Assembly (NCBI GenBank): GCA_964397055.1
Contig: CAYNIS010000001.1
Coordinates: forward strand, 1-39,161
Direction of reading: 5' to 3'
Origin: an uncultured Rhodospirillaceae bacterium
GTDB taxonomy: Bacteria; Pseudomonadota; Alphaproteobacteria; CAYNIS01
DNA length: 39,161 nucleotides
This document shows positions 9,859 through 17,475 of the stretch, piece after piece. The position numbers were made by a program, and so were the translations under genes. Each line of letters begins with the position of its first letter. Position 1 is the first letter of the stretch. Below the pieces are notes generated by a model. That model saw only the letters and a list, made by a program, of their open reading frames with translations, did not search any database and had not been told where the DNA came from.

Positions 9859-10275
9859 TCAACGGCGCATGCGCGCGGCCTCGACCCATTCGTCCCACTC
9901 GCTGCCGTAGCCGTCATAGGTGATGAAGCAGCGGCCTTGGTTGTCCGGTCCCTTGAGGACGCGGCCGGCATACCATTCGCCGCGCCACAGGATCTCAATG
10001 CCCCCGCCCGGGCACGCAGCCTTGGACGCGCCGGCGCTGGCCTGGCGCAGTCGGTCGGATGTCACCCATTCGTCCCAACTGGAATCGTAGCCGTCATAGG
10101 TGACATAGCAGCGGCCCTCGCTGTCCGGACCCTTGGTGACCTGGCCGGCATACCAGCTCGACTGCCAGAAGATCTGGGCGGGCCCGAGCGTGCAGGCCGC
10201 AGCCGGCAGGGTCTGTGCCAGGAACACGACGGCGAACACCGCAGTCGCCCGAACGAGAAAGCGGATCAAAGACAT
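9859..10275 (-). CDS. Small exported protein with two tandem Tudor/SH3-like beta-barrel repeats
   Basis: 138 aa starting at the ATG at 10275 (MSLIRFLVRATAVFAVVFLAQTLPAAA). Two repeats follow: IFWQSSWYAGQVTKGPDSEGRCYVTYDGYDSSWDEWVTSDRLR and ILWRGEWYAGRVLKGPDNQGRCFITYDGYGSEWDEWVEAARMR. Only the last 138 codons of track ORF 9859..10992 are used. Confidence 0.7.
   Translation of the reverse strand: MSLIRFLVRATAVFAVVFLAQTLPAAACTLGPAQIFWQSSWYAGQVTKGPDSEGRCYVTYDGYDSSWDEWVTSDRLRQASAGASKAACPGGGIEILWRGEWYAGRVLKGPDNQGRCFITYDGYGSEWDEWVEAARMRR
9884..10175. repeat. Intragenic duplication (two ~112-nt units with a 180-nt period)
   Basis: Units 9884-9995 and 10064-10175 align without gaps. By hand alignment I counted 84 of 112 identical positions. 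Confidence 0.8.
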
Positions 10276-10322
10276 CGGCCGTGGTCTCCTTGCTGCTTGG
10301 TCTTGCGGGGGGAATGGCGAGG

Positions 10323-10895
10323 TCAGGCGTGTTCCAGGCCGCCGACAAGCTTGCGCTTCGGCTTCGAGGGGCCCGGCGGCTGGGTGAAGTCCGGCGGGGC
10401 TTTGCCCTCCGGCCGGCTCTGGACCTCGTGATGGATGACGACCGGGCCGTAGGCCTGGCCATGCTTGTTGCGCGGGCGCGTGACCTCGATGTAGGCGGTC
10501 CCCGGATCCTCGAACTGACGATCCAGATCGCCGTTCTGGGCGATCTCGCGCATGGCGGCCTCGACCTCCGGCATCCGTCCGATCCCGTCGCCCAGGCGGA
10601 CGACGTTTGGCGGCGCCCCGTAGTGGGCCTGGAAGTCGGCGAAGTCGACGTCCCGGGTGACGATGGTCATCGCGTGCTCGGCCGCGTACTGCCAGATCTT
10701 GTCGTCCTTGGCGTTCTGCATGCCCAGATGGGCCACGCTCTTGGCGAGCGGGAACCCGTCTTTGCGCATCCGGTCGACCAGCTTGTAGGAGATATTGGCG
10801 TCGAACAGCAGCGGCACGTCGGTCAGGACCGGTTTCGACGACGCTGCCGGCTGGTTCTGGGCCGCCCGCTTCTTCGCCCCGTGCTTCTTGCTCAC
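10323..10895 (-). CDS. DUF5615-like (Mut7-C/PIN-like) putative toxin with N- and C-terminal extensions
   Basis: The core LLFDANISYKLVDRMRKDGFPLAKSVAHLGMQNAKDDKIWQYAAEHAMTIVTRDVDFADF matches the DUF5615 pattern. There is a 4-nt overlap with the upstream DUF433 gene. Confidence 0.65.
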   Translation of the reverse strand: MSKKHGAKKRAAQNQPAASSKPVLTDVPLLFDANISYKLVDRMRKDGFPLAKSVAHLGMQNAKDDKIWQYAAEHAMTIVTRDVDFADFQAHYGAPPNVVRLGDGIGRMPEVEAAMREIAQNGDLDRQFEDPGTAYIEVTRPRNKHGQAYGPVVIHHEVQSRPEGKAPPDFTQPPGPSKPKRKLVGGLEHA

Positions 10896-11125
10896 GCCGC
10901 AGCCCCCTCATCGGGGCCGCGCTCGACGAAGAGGCGCACGGCGTCCAGATCCTCGACCTCCAGCATCGGGAAGTCGGAGAGGATCTCCTCATCCGTCATG
11001 CCGTCCTCGATCCAGGACCGGATGTCGCCGACGGTGATGCGCAGATCGCGGATGATCGGCTGGCCGGACCGCTTGCCCGTCTCGCGCCGAATCCGGCCCA
11101 GAAGCTCGGTCTCACGATCGCTCAA
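10892..11125 (-). CDS. DUF433-family putative antitoxin
   Basis: 77 aa. GQPIIRDLRITVGDIRSWIEDGMTDEEILSDFPMLEVEDLDAV is the characteristic DUF433 segment. It lies immediately upstream of and overlaps the DUF5615 gene. Confidence 0.7.
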   Translation of the reverse strand: MSDRETELLGRIRRETGKRSGQPIIRDLRITVGDIRSWIEDGMTDEEILSDFPMLEVEDLDAVRLFVERGPDEGAAA

Positions 11126-11181
11126 CGCCAGGCTCCCTCACCGGTCTTCGTGGAGGTGGTGCTTGCGGGCACCCCGGAACC

Positions 11182-11198
11182 GGCGCCACAGTGGCGCC
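11182..11198. promoter_or_regulatory. Perfect 17-bp palindrome upstream of the acyl-CoA dehydrogenase gene (candidate operator)
   Basis: ggcgccac-a-gtggcgcc lies 38 nt upstream of the ATG at 11236, in the divergent intergenic region. Confidence 0.3.
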
Positions 11199-11235
11199 AA
11201 CACCTCAACAAATGATCAACGGGAGGATCAACCGC

Positions 11236-12510
11236 ATGGACTTCAGCCGGCCGGCCCATATCCAGAAGACCCTGGACGAGCTAGACGCCTTCATCGAGGC
11301 GGAGATCAAGCCGCTCGAAAACCAGGACGACAACATCCGCTTCTTCGACCACCGTCGCGAATGGGCACGTACCGATTTCGAGAACGGCGGCGTGCCCCGC
11401 GCCGATTGGGAAGAGCTTCTGCGGGAAATGAAGCGGAGGGCGGACAAGGCGGGCTTCCTGCGCCTTGCCCTGCCGAAGGCGATCGGCGGGCAGGACTGCG
11501 GCCATCTCGCCATGGCGATGATTCGCGAACATCTGGCGATGAAGGGGCTCGGCCTCCATAACGACCTCCAGAACGAAAGCTCGATCGTCGGCAATTTCCC
11601 GGTCGCCCACATGCTGATGGAGTTCGGCACGAAGGAGCAGAAGGAACGCTTCCTGGAGCCGATGATCACCGGCAAGGACCGGCTCGCCTTCGGGTTGACC
11701 GAACCGGATCACGGCTCCGACGCCACGTGGCTCGAGACCACCGCGGTGAAGCAGGGCGGCGACTGGGTGATCAACGGGGCGAAGCGCTGGAACTCGGGCA
11801 TGCACTCGGCGACCGTCGACCTGGTCTTCGCGCGGACCTCCGGCAAGCCGGGCGACGCCGACGGCATCACCTGCTTCGTCGTGCCGACCGACGCCCCGGG
11901 CTTCAAGGTCGAGTTCATGTGGTGGACGTTCAACATGCCGTCCGACCATGCCGAGGTGACCCTGAACAACGTGAAGGTGCCGGGTGACGCGATCCTCGGG
12001 CCGGAAGGGCAGGGCCTCGCCGTCGCCCGCTGCTTCGTCCACGAGAACCGCATCCGCCAGGGCGCTTCGGGGGTCGGGGTCGCCCAGTACTGCATCAACG
12101 AAAGTGTCGACTACGCCCGCCGCCGGGCCCCGTTCGGCAAGCCGCTCGCCCAGAACCAGGCGATCCAGTGGCCGCTGTCGGAAATGCATACGGAGTGCGA
12201 GATGGTCCGCAACCTCGTCTACAAGACCGCGTGGATGATGGACCAGGAGCACTACATGGGGGTATCCGACATGGTCTCCATGTGCAACTACCGGGGCAAC
12301 CGTCTCGCCTGCGATGCGTCGGACCTCGCGATCCAGGTCCATGGCGGCATCGGTTACTCCCGGCACAAGCCGTTCGAGCACATCTACCGCCACCATCGGC
12401 GCTATCGCATCACCGAGGGGTCGGAGGAGATCCAGATCCGCAATGTCGCCGGGCATCTGTTCGGCTTCATCGGCGCCAACCGCCGGCCGATCGACAAGGC
12501 CGCCGAATAG
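11236..12510 (+). CDS. Acyl-CoA dehydrogenase family protein
   Basis: 424 aa with typical ACAD segments (FGLTEPDHGSDA, GAKRWNSG, IHGGIGYS, ITEGSEEIQ). The start is set at the ATG at 11236, 9 nt after GGAGG (11222-11226). Confidence 0.9.
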   Translation: MDFSRPAHIQKTLDELDAFIEAEIKPLENQDDNIRFFDHRREWARTDFENGGVPRADWEELLREMKRRADKAGFLRLALPKAIGGQDCGHLAMAMIREHLAMKGLGLHNDLQNESSIVGNFPVAHMLMEFGTKEQKERFLEPMITGKDRLAFGLTEPDHGSDATWLETTAVKQGGDWVINGAKRWNSGMHSATVDLVFARTSGKPGDADGITCFVVPTDAPGFKVEFMWWTFNMPSDHAEVTLNNVKVPGDAILGPEGQGLAVARCFVHENRIRQGASGVGVAQYCINESVDYARRRAPFGKPLAQNQAIQWPLSEMHTECEMVRNLVYKTAWMMDQEHYMGVSDMVSMCNYRGNRLACDASDLAIQVHGGIGYSRHKPFEHIYRHHRRYRITEGSEEIQIRNVAGHLFGFIGANRRPIDKAAE

Positions 12511-12573
12511 TCGGCCGATCGACAAGGCCGCCGAATAGTCGGCCGATCGACAAGGCCGCCGAACAGTCGGCCG
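12484..12573. repeat. 28-bp tandem repeat, 3.2 copies, spanning the dehydrogenase stop codon
   Basis: The unit cggccgatcgacaaggccgccgaatagt occurs at 12484-12511 and 12512-12539. A third copy at 12540-12567 has one T>C change (gaacag), and a partial copy occupies 12568-12573. Confidence 0.9.
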
Positions 12574-12601
12574 GGCGACCGCAGGGACGAGAGGTTCGGG
12601 C

Positions 12602-12871
12602 ATGCGCGAGATCGCGATCGACGAGGGGGCCCCGGACCTCCCGGCCCTGGTCGCCGAGGTCGAGGGATCGGGCGAGGAGATCGTCCTGACCCGAGCGGGC
12701 CAGCCGGCCGTCCGGCTGGTTCCGGCGGAGCCCTTGTCTGCGGAAGCGGCGCGGCGCGCGCGGATGCGGCGTATCCTCGAGCTCCAGGACAAGCTCGCCG
12801 AGGAGCACCCGGAGTCGACAGTGCCAATCAGTTGGGAGGAACTGAAGGCGGACATGGAGGCAAGCCGTTAG
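12602..12871 (+). CDS. Phd/YefM-type antitoxin
   Basis: 89 aa. The N-terminus MREIAIDEGAPDLPALVAEVEGSGEEIVLTRAGQPAVRLVP fits the Phd/YefM fold pattern. The stop lies 1 nt before the PIN gene start. Confidence 0.7.
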   Translation: MREIAIDEGAPDLPALVAEVEGSGEEIVLTRAGQPAVRLVPAEPLSAEAARRARMRRILELQDKLAEEHPESTVPISWEELKADMEASR

Positions 12872-12872
12872 C

Positions 12873-13283
12873 ATGGCCCATGTGCTGGACGCATCGGCCG
12901 GTGTGGCCCTGATCGCTCCCAGCCAGCGGACAGCCGCGGCTGTTACCTTTGCATCCACGAACCTCGAAGACGTCATCGCTCCGTCGCTCTTCCGATTGGA
13001 AGTGCGGCATGCGTTGCTGCGGCTCGAGCGGCGACAGCCAAGCTTGGCGGGGACCTTTCGAGCCGGTCTGGCAGCAGTCGAGCAGCTCATCTCGTTTCGG
13101 GGCGCGCCGAACGAAAGAGACCTCAACAGGTACTATCACAGGGCTCAAGTCACCGGCCTCAGCGTCTATGATGCGGCCTACCTGGACCTCGCCCTTGTCG
13201 AGGGGGCGTCGTTGGTTTCCCGCGACGCCCGCCTCCTTCGTGCAGCTCTCGCGCACGGGGTTGCCCTCGTCGACCTCAGTTAG
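12873..13283 (+). CDS. vapC: PIN-domain toxin (VapC family)
   Basis: 136 aa with the acidic PIN residues in the expected contexts (VLDASA, YDAAYLDLAL, LVSRDARL). Confidence 0.8.
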   Translation: MAHVLDASAGVALIAPSQRTAAAVTFASTNLEDVIAPSLFRLEVRHALLRLERRQPSLAGTFRAGLAAVEQLISFRGAPNERDLNRYYHRAQVTGLSVYDAAYLDLALVEGASLVSRDARLLRAALAHGVALVDLS

Positions 13284-13570
13284 CCGAGCGGCCCGTAGGT
13301 GACGATGGTCATGTCGGCCCCTTCCTTGCGGATCGGGATCAGCGCCTGATAGGCGTCGGACGTGTACCAGGCGTCGATCGCTTCCAGGCTCGGGAACTGG
13401 AACACCGCCGCCAACTGGTGGTCGACTTCCCCCGACAGGGCCTTGGTGGCCTGGCCGCGGGCGAGTGGCTGGGCGCCATGGGGCGCCATCGTGTCCCCCA
13501 CCTTGCTGATGTATTCCTGCAGCTTCTCGGGATTCTTGACGGTGATGCGCGCGATCATGAAGGCGGTCAT
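13280..13570 (-). CDS. DUF1330-family protein
   Basis: 96 aa from the ATG at 13570 (MTAFMIARITVKNPEKLQEYISKVG...FPSLEAIDAWYTSDAYQ), preceded by GGAGAA. Its stop overlaps the vapC stop. Confidence 0.7.
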   Translation of the reverse strand: MTAFMIARITVKNPEKLQEYISKVGDTMAPHGAQPLARGQATKALSGEVDHQLAAVFQFPSLEAIDAWYTSDAYQALIPIRKEGADMTIVTYGPLG

Positions 13571-13599
13571 CGGCTGTTCTCCTTTCGGTTCGGACGCTT

Positions 13600-13633
13600 G
13601 CCGTGTTGTGTCCATGAATGTACAAAACACGGC
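13600..13633. promoter_or_regulatory. Inverted repeat in the DUF1330/TetR divergent intergenic region (candidate TetR operator)
   Basis: Arms gccgtgtt (13600-13607) and aacacggc (13626-13633) are separated by 18 nt. The spacer contains the tgtaca palindrome. Confidence 0.35.
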
Positions 13634-13674
13634 ACGGGGATTTTGTCCAGACCTGAACATTTAGGGGAGCCGGC

Positions 13675-14268
13675 ATGGGCCGCCCGCCCAAATTCGATCG
13701 GGACCAGGCCGTCGGTCAGGTGATGCAGGCGCTGTGGTCGAACGGCTACGAGGCTTGCTCGGTCAAGGCGGTGTCGGAGAAGCTCGGCATCACCCGGTCG
13801 AGCTACTATCACGCCTTCGGTTGTCGGGAGGCGCTGTTCCGGGAGGCGCTGGACCGCTATCTCGCGATCAGCCCGGACCGGTGCCTTGCCGCTGTACCCG
13901 GGTCGGCTGGCGTGCGTGCGCACCTGACCGCCATGTTCCGGGAGATTTGCCGGATGCGCGCGGCCGATCCGGAGCAGCGTGGCTGCCTCGCCGTCAACAG
14001 CCTCGCGGAGCTGGTCGGCAGCCATCCGGTGCTGGGGCCGGAACTGGAAGCCGCGTTCGGCGCCAACATCGCCCGTATCCGCGGCTTGCTGGCACAAGCC
14101 GCCCGGGACGGGGAGATCCCGGCTGAGGTCGACCTGGATGCCAAGGCATTGGCGGTGAAGAACCTGCTGGTCGGTCTCAACGTGATGTCGAAGCTGGTCC
14201 GCGACGAGGATGCGCTGTGGGCGCTCGCCCGGGAGACGCTTGCCGGCCTCGGCCTTTATGCCGAATAG
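13675..14268 (+). CDS. TetR-family transcriptional regulator
   Basis: N-terminal HTH region AVGQVMQALWSNGYEACSVKAVSEKLGITRSSYYHAFGCREALF, and a length of 197 aa. Confidence 0.85.
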   Translation: MGRPPKFDRDQAVGQVMQALWSNGYEACSVKAVSEKLGITRSSYYHAFGCREALFREALDRYLAISPDRCLAAVPGSAGVRAHLTAMFREICRMRAADPEQRGCLAVNSLAELVGSHPVLGPELEAAFGANIARIRGLLAQAARDGEIPAEVDLDAKALAVKNLLVGLNVMSKLVRDEDALWALARETLAGLGLYAE

Positions 14269-15494
14269 GCGGGTTGCGCGCGGATCAGGCGCGGCGTCCG
14301 GGTGAGGAGGGCCAGGAACACCGCCGCACAGGCGAAGCTGTAGGCGCTGGCGATGCGGAGCTGGGTTTCGATGGCCACGCCCGTATCCAGGCCCCAGCCC
14401 ATCAGCCCGGGGGCGACCCCGGTCGAGAACACCATGACCGCCACCGTCACCGAGCGGATGGCCCCCAGGTGCCGGGTGCCGTAAAGCTCGGCCCACAAGG
14501 CGCCGAGGATCGTCGACATCGCCCCGCCGGTGACCGCCGCCACCGCCATGAAGGCGGGCACGACCCAGGGCTCTCTGCCGTAGGAGAGGAAGAGCAGGGC
14601 AGCCGCCATCGGCAGGAGGTAGGGCGGCAGCAGGCGCCCGGCACCGAAGCGGTCGATCGCCCAGCCGGCGACTAGCGACGTTGCGACGGAGCCCACCGAA
14701 TAGATCGGGAAGCTGGCGGCGATCAGGGCGAGATCCCAGCCGCGCGTTTCCATCAGATGGGCCTGGTGGAAGATGATCCCGGTCAGGATGAAGGGCGGCG
14801 CCATCAGCCCGGGCAACAGGGCATAGAACAGCGGATCGCGCAGCACCTCCCCCCGCGTCCACTGGTGAGCCGCCAGGGCCATTCCCCCACCGTCGTCGCC
14901 TGTGGCCGTGGGAACCCGCTCGACCGAGAGCAGGCGGTAGGCGAGCGGGAGCGACACCAGGCAGAGGAAGCCGGCCACCAGACCCCAGGTTTCCCGCCAG
15001 CCGACCAGCGCCATCAGGGTCACGCCGGTGATCGGGAACAGCGCCTCCCCCGCCGGGAAGCCGAGCGCGGCGATCGCCACCGCCCGGCCGCGTTCGGCAT
15101 CGAACCAGCGGCCCATGGCGGTGAAGGTGAGGTGGGAGCACATGCCCTGGCCGAACATGCGCAGGCCATAGATCGCGACGACCAGCACCACCGCCGACGT
15201 CACCGTCGCCATCAGGACCGCCATCGCGGCGAGGGCGGCGAGCACGAGGGCGGTCAGGAGGTTGAGGCGCACATGGTCGGCGGTCTTGCCCAGCCACACC
15301 AGGCTCGCGGCACTGGCGAGTGTGCCGATCGTGTAGAGCCCGCCGTACTCGCCGTGGCTCAGGTCGAACTCGGCGCGCAGTTCCGCCCCGAACAGGGAGA
15401 TGAAGAAGGTCTGCCCGAAGGAGGACGAGAAGGCGAGCAGGAAGCCCGCCCCGAGCCAGCGCGCGTTCTCCTTCAGGAACCCGAAGCTGAGCAT
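14256..15494 (-). CDS. MFS transporter
   Basis: 412 aa and about 12 predicted hydrophobic helices. It converges on the TetR gene with a 13-nt overlap. Confidence 0.85.
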   Translation of the reverse strand: MLSFGFLKENARWLGAGFLLAFSSSFGQTFFISLFGAELRAEFDLSHGEYGGLYTIGTLASAASLVWLGKTADHVRLNLLTALVLAALAAMAVLMATVTSAVVLVVAIYGLRMFGQGMCSHLTFTAMGRWFDAERGRAVAIAALGFPAGEALFPITGVTLMALVGWRETWGLVAGFLCLVSLPLAYRLLSVERVPTATGDDGGGMALAAHQWTRGEVLRDPLFYALLPGLMAPPFILTGIIFHQAHLMETRGWDLALIAASFPIYSVGSVATSLVAGWAIDRFGAGRLLPPYLLPMAAALLFLSYGREPWVVPAFMAVAAVTGGAMSTILGALWAELYGTRHLGAIRSVTVAVMVFSTGVAPGLMGWGLDTGVAIETQLRIASAYSFACAAVFLALLTRTPRLIRAQPAYSA

Positions 15495-16112
15495 CTAGAA
15501 GTGCATCTCGATGATGGACTTGTTCCGGGCCCGGGCCTCGGCCGTCACCGGGACGACGGCCTTCGGGTCCAGCGGCAGCTTGAGGCCCGGGACTGGCGGA
15601 TAGACGCCGGGCTGGAGGTCCGGGAAGCGCACCGTGCGCCTGTCGCCGACATGAAGGCCGGTCAGTTGCGGGTCCAGGAATTCGTGCACCCTGTCATGGG
15701 CCGGCGAGCGCTTGATCAGGACGAAGTTGGACCAGGAATTGTCGCCGCCGTCGTCCTTCGGCTTGATGTGGTGGACCGAGTAGTCCTGCGGTACCTCGCC
15801 CCGCCGCATCTGGCGGATCTGCTTGTTGGTGAAGCCGTATTGGCGCAAGGCGTCGTGGTTGTCGTAGGCGAGGGCGGAGATCCAGCGGTCGCGCTCGTTC
15901 GGGAAGTGGGTCGCGATCCTCGAATAGCTGTCGCGGTCGCGGCGGGCATAGACGAAGTCCTTGATCGCCACCCCGGGCACATCGCCGGCGAACGCCGCCT
16001 CGTCCGCCGCCGTCGGCATGACGGGCTCGCCCTTGCCGCCGAACGGCAGGTCGGCGGGTGTCCCGTCCTTCTTCTTCTTGTTCTTCTTCCAGACGCGCCG
16101 CTTATGGCCCAT
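15495..16112 (-). CDS. HNH-motif nuclease-like protein with a Lys-rich N-terminus
   Basis: 205 aa from the ATG at 16112 (MGHKRRVWKKNKKKKDG...). The HNH-like core is VHHIKPKDDGGDNSWSNFVLIKRSPAHDRVH. Its stop codon directly abuts the MFS start codon. Confidence 0.65.
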   Translation of the reverse strand: MGHKRRVWKKNKKKKDGTPADLPFGGKGEPVMPTAADEAAFAGDVPGVAIKDFVYARRDRDSYSRIATHFPNERDRWISALAYDNHDALRQYGFTNKQIRQMRRGEVPQDYSVHHIKPKDDGGDNSWSNFVLIKRSPAHDRVHEFLDPQLTGLHVGDRRTVRFPDLQPGVYPPVPGLKLPLDPKAVVPVTAEARARNKSIIEMHF

Positions 16113-16140
16113 GTCGGAGACCTTCCGCAGGGATTCGGTT

Positions 16141-16179
16141 CGACCAAGCCCGCCCGACCAAGCCCGCCCGACCAAGCCC
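16141..16179. repeat. 14-bp tandem repeat, 2.8 copies, just upstream of the HNH gene
   Basis: The unit cgaccaagcccgcc occurs at 16141-16154 and 16155-16168, with a partial copy at 16169-16179. Confidence 0.85.
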
Positions 16180-16300
16180 ATCGGCCTAGAGCATTTTCCA
16201 GCCGGACGGTATCGGCCCGGCGGTTCGCAAAAACGCTCAGATTCAATTGGTTGGCGCGCGTTCCGAACCGCGATGTGGGTCCACATCGCTGGAACATGCG

Positions 16301-17017
16301 CTAGCCGATCACGCCTTCCATCATGGCGCGGAAGCGGGGCAGAAGATGCGCCATCAAATAGGACGCGATCGCCTCGTCGGTCAGGTCGACCTCGACATCG
16401 TTGTCGAGCAGGCGGACACGGATCCCCCTGGCATGGCCGTCAGTACCCGCCTCGGCCGGCTTGATCTCGACCCCCTCGCGCAGCTGCTCGCCGGCGAGCT
16501 CCAGGACCACGCGCGACAGCGGATCCTCGCGCAGTTCCGACGGATTCTGGCGCAGCTCCTCCACCCCCTTGATCGTGCGCGGCAGGTGGATCGCGATCGG
16601 GTGATCGCGCACCACCTCCTCCCGCGCCCGGCCCGCCACTTCCAGGATCAGGCTGCGCAGCACCTCCGGCTCGTGCAACTCGACCTCGATCAGGTCGCGG
16701 ACATGGGTGATGAAGCGGTCGGTCAGCTCCGCCTTCAAGGACAGGATCGCGTCACGCACCGCCAGGCGCAGCGCCTCCTCCGCCGAGCGCTGCTGGCGCT
16801 CCGCGGTAGTGCGCGCGTCGGCGACGATGCGGTCGGCTTCCTCCCGCGCGGCCTGGATCAGGCCGTCGGCCTCACCCCTGGCCTGGGCCAGCAGCTGGTT
16901 CGCCTCCGCCCGCCCGGCGTCGATGCCCTGGGCGCGCAGGCGGTCGATCAGGCCCTGGACGCCGGCCTGGGTCGGCCGGCCGTCCTCCGCCTTGTCGGCA
17001 CTCGCCTCCATCGACAT
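16301..17017 (-). CDS. atpE: V/A-type ATPase subunit E-like stalk protein
   Basis: 238 aa. The N-terminal half is a charged Ala/Arg/Glu-rich helix (GIDAGRAEANQLLAQARGEADGLIQAAREEADRIVADARTTAERQ), followed by a globular C-terminal part. The start overlaps the K-subunit stop (TGATG). Confidence 0.6.
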   Translation of the reverse strand: MSMEASADKAEDGRPTQAGVQGLIDRLRAQGIDAGRAEANQLLAQARGEADGLIQAAREEADRIVADARTTAERQQRSAEEALRLAVRDAILSLKAELTDRFITHVRDLIEVELHEPEVLRSLILEVAGRAREEVVRDHPIAIHLPRTIKGVEELRQNPSELREDPLSRVVLELAGEQLREGVEIKPAEAGTDGHARGIRVRLLDNDVEVDLTDEAIASYLMAHLLPRFRAMMEGVIG

Positions 17018-17475
17018 CAGCCGCCCCCGGCGGCCGGGATGGAGCCGGCGACGACCAGCGCGAAGACGAAGGCGAAGACCGAGAAGCCCTCGACGATCGC
17101 GGCCGGGGCGATCGACAGGCCGAAGATCTCCGGCTTGTTCTTCGACGCGTGGATCGCCGACGCACAGCAGTCGCCCTGCTTCATCGCGCTGACCAGCAAC
17201 GCCAGGCCGGCGAACAGGCCGACCGCGAACAGCGCCGGGCCGTTGGTGACGGTGACCTCCCGCAGCAGCGCGAACATGATCACGATGCCGTAGATGGTCT
17301 GGGACGACGGCATGGCCGAGACCGCGATGTAGCGGCCGTAGCCGCCCTCGGTCTCAAGCATGGCGCCGGCGGCCGCCTGGCCCGCGCGGGCGCAGCCGAT
17401 CGCACTTCCGATGGCTCCCAGCGCCATGGCGCCGTAGATGCCGATCCAGCCTAGGCCGATGATGACGGGTTCCAG
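17017..17475 (-). CDS. atpK: V/A-type ATPase proteolipid subunit K (4-TM type)
   Basis: GAIGSAIGCARAGQAAAGAM ... SSQTIYGIVIMFALL ... KQGDCCASAI ... PAAIVEGFSVFAFVFALV gives two hairpins with one carboxylate (IVEGF). The first ATG (17427) would cut into TM1. AGGAGG (17483-17488) sits 7 nt upstream of an in-frame CTG at 17475, which is used here as a provisional start. Confidence 0.75.
   Translation of the reverse strand: MEPVIIGLGWIGIYGAMALGAIGSAIGCARAGQAAAGAMLETEGGYGRYIAVSAMPSSQTIYGIVIMFALLREVTVTNGPALFAVGLFAGLALLVSAMKQGDCCASAIHASKNKPEIFGLSIAPAAIVEGFSVFAFVFALVVAGSIPAAGGG

Noticed and set aside
9859-10992. 377-aa ORF spanning the Tudor-like gene and the DUF5615 region
   Set aside because: Only the last 138 codons (from the ATG at 10275, which has a signal peptide) look like protein. 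The upstream part is an off-frame read through the DUF5615 gene.
12484-12573. Tandem repeats here and at 16141, 31163, 32777 and 33026 considered as possible CRISPR arrays
   Set aside because: The units are directly adjacent with no spacers, number only about 3 copies, are 13-28 bp long, and no cas genes are present.
9800-16300. Calling 9.8-16.3 kb, or the 25.6-37.5 kb cluster, a genomic island or mobile element
   Set aside because: I recognised no integrase, transposase, tRNA attachment site or flanking direct repeats. GC content and codon usage look like the rest of the window apart from the one non-coding island. The accessory flavour is noted, but island boundaries cannot be supported.
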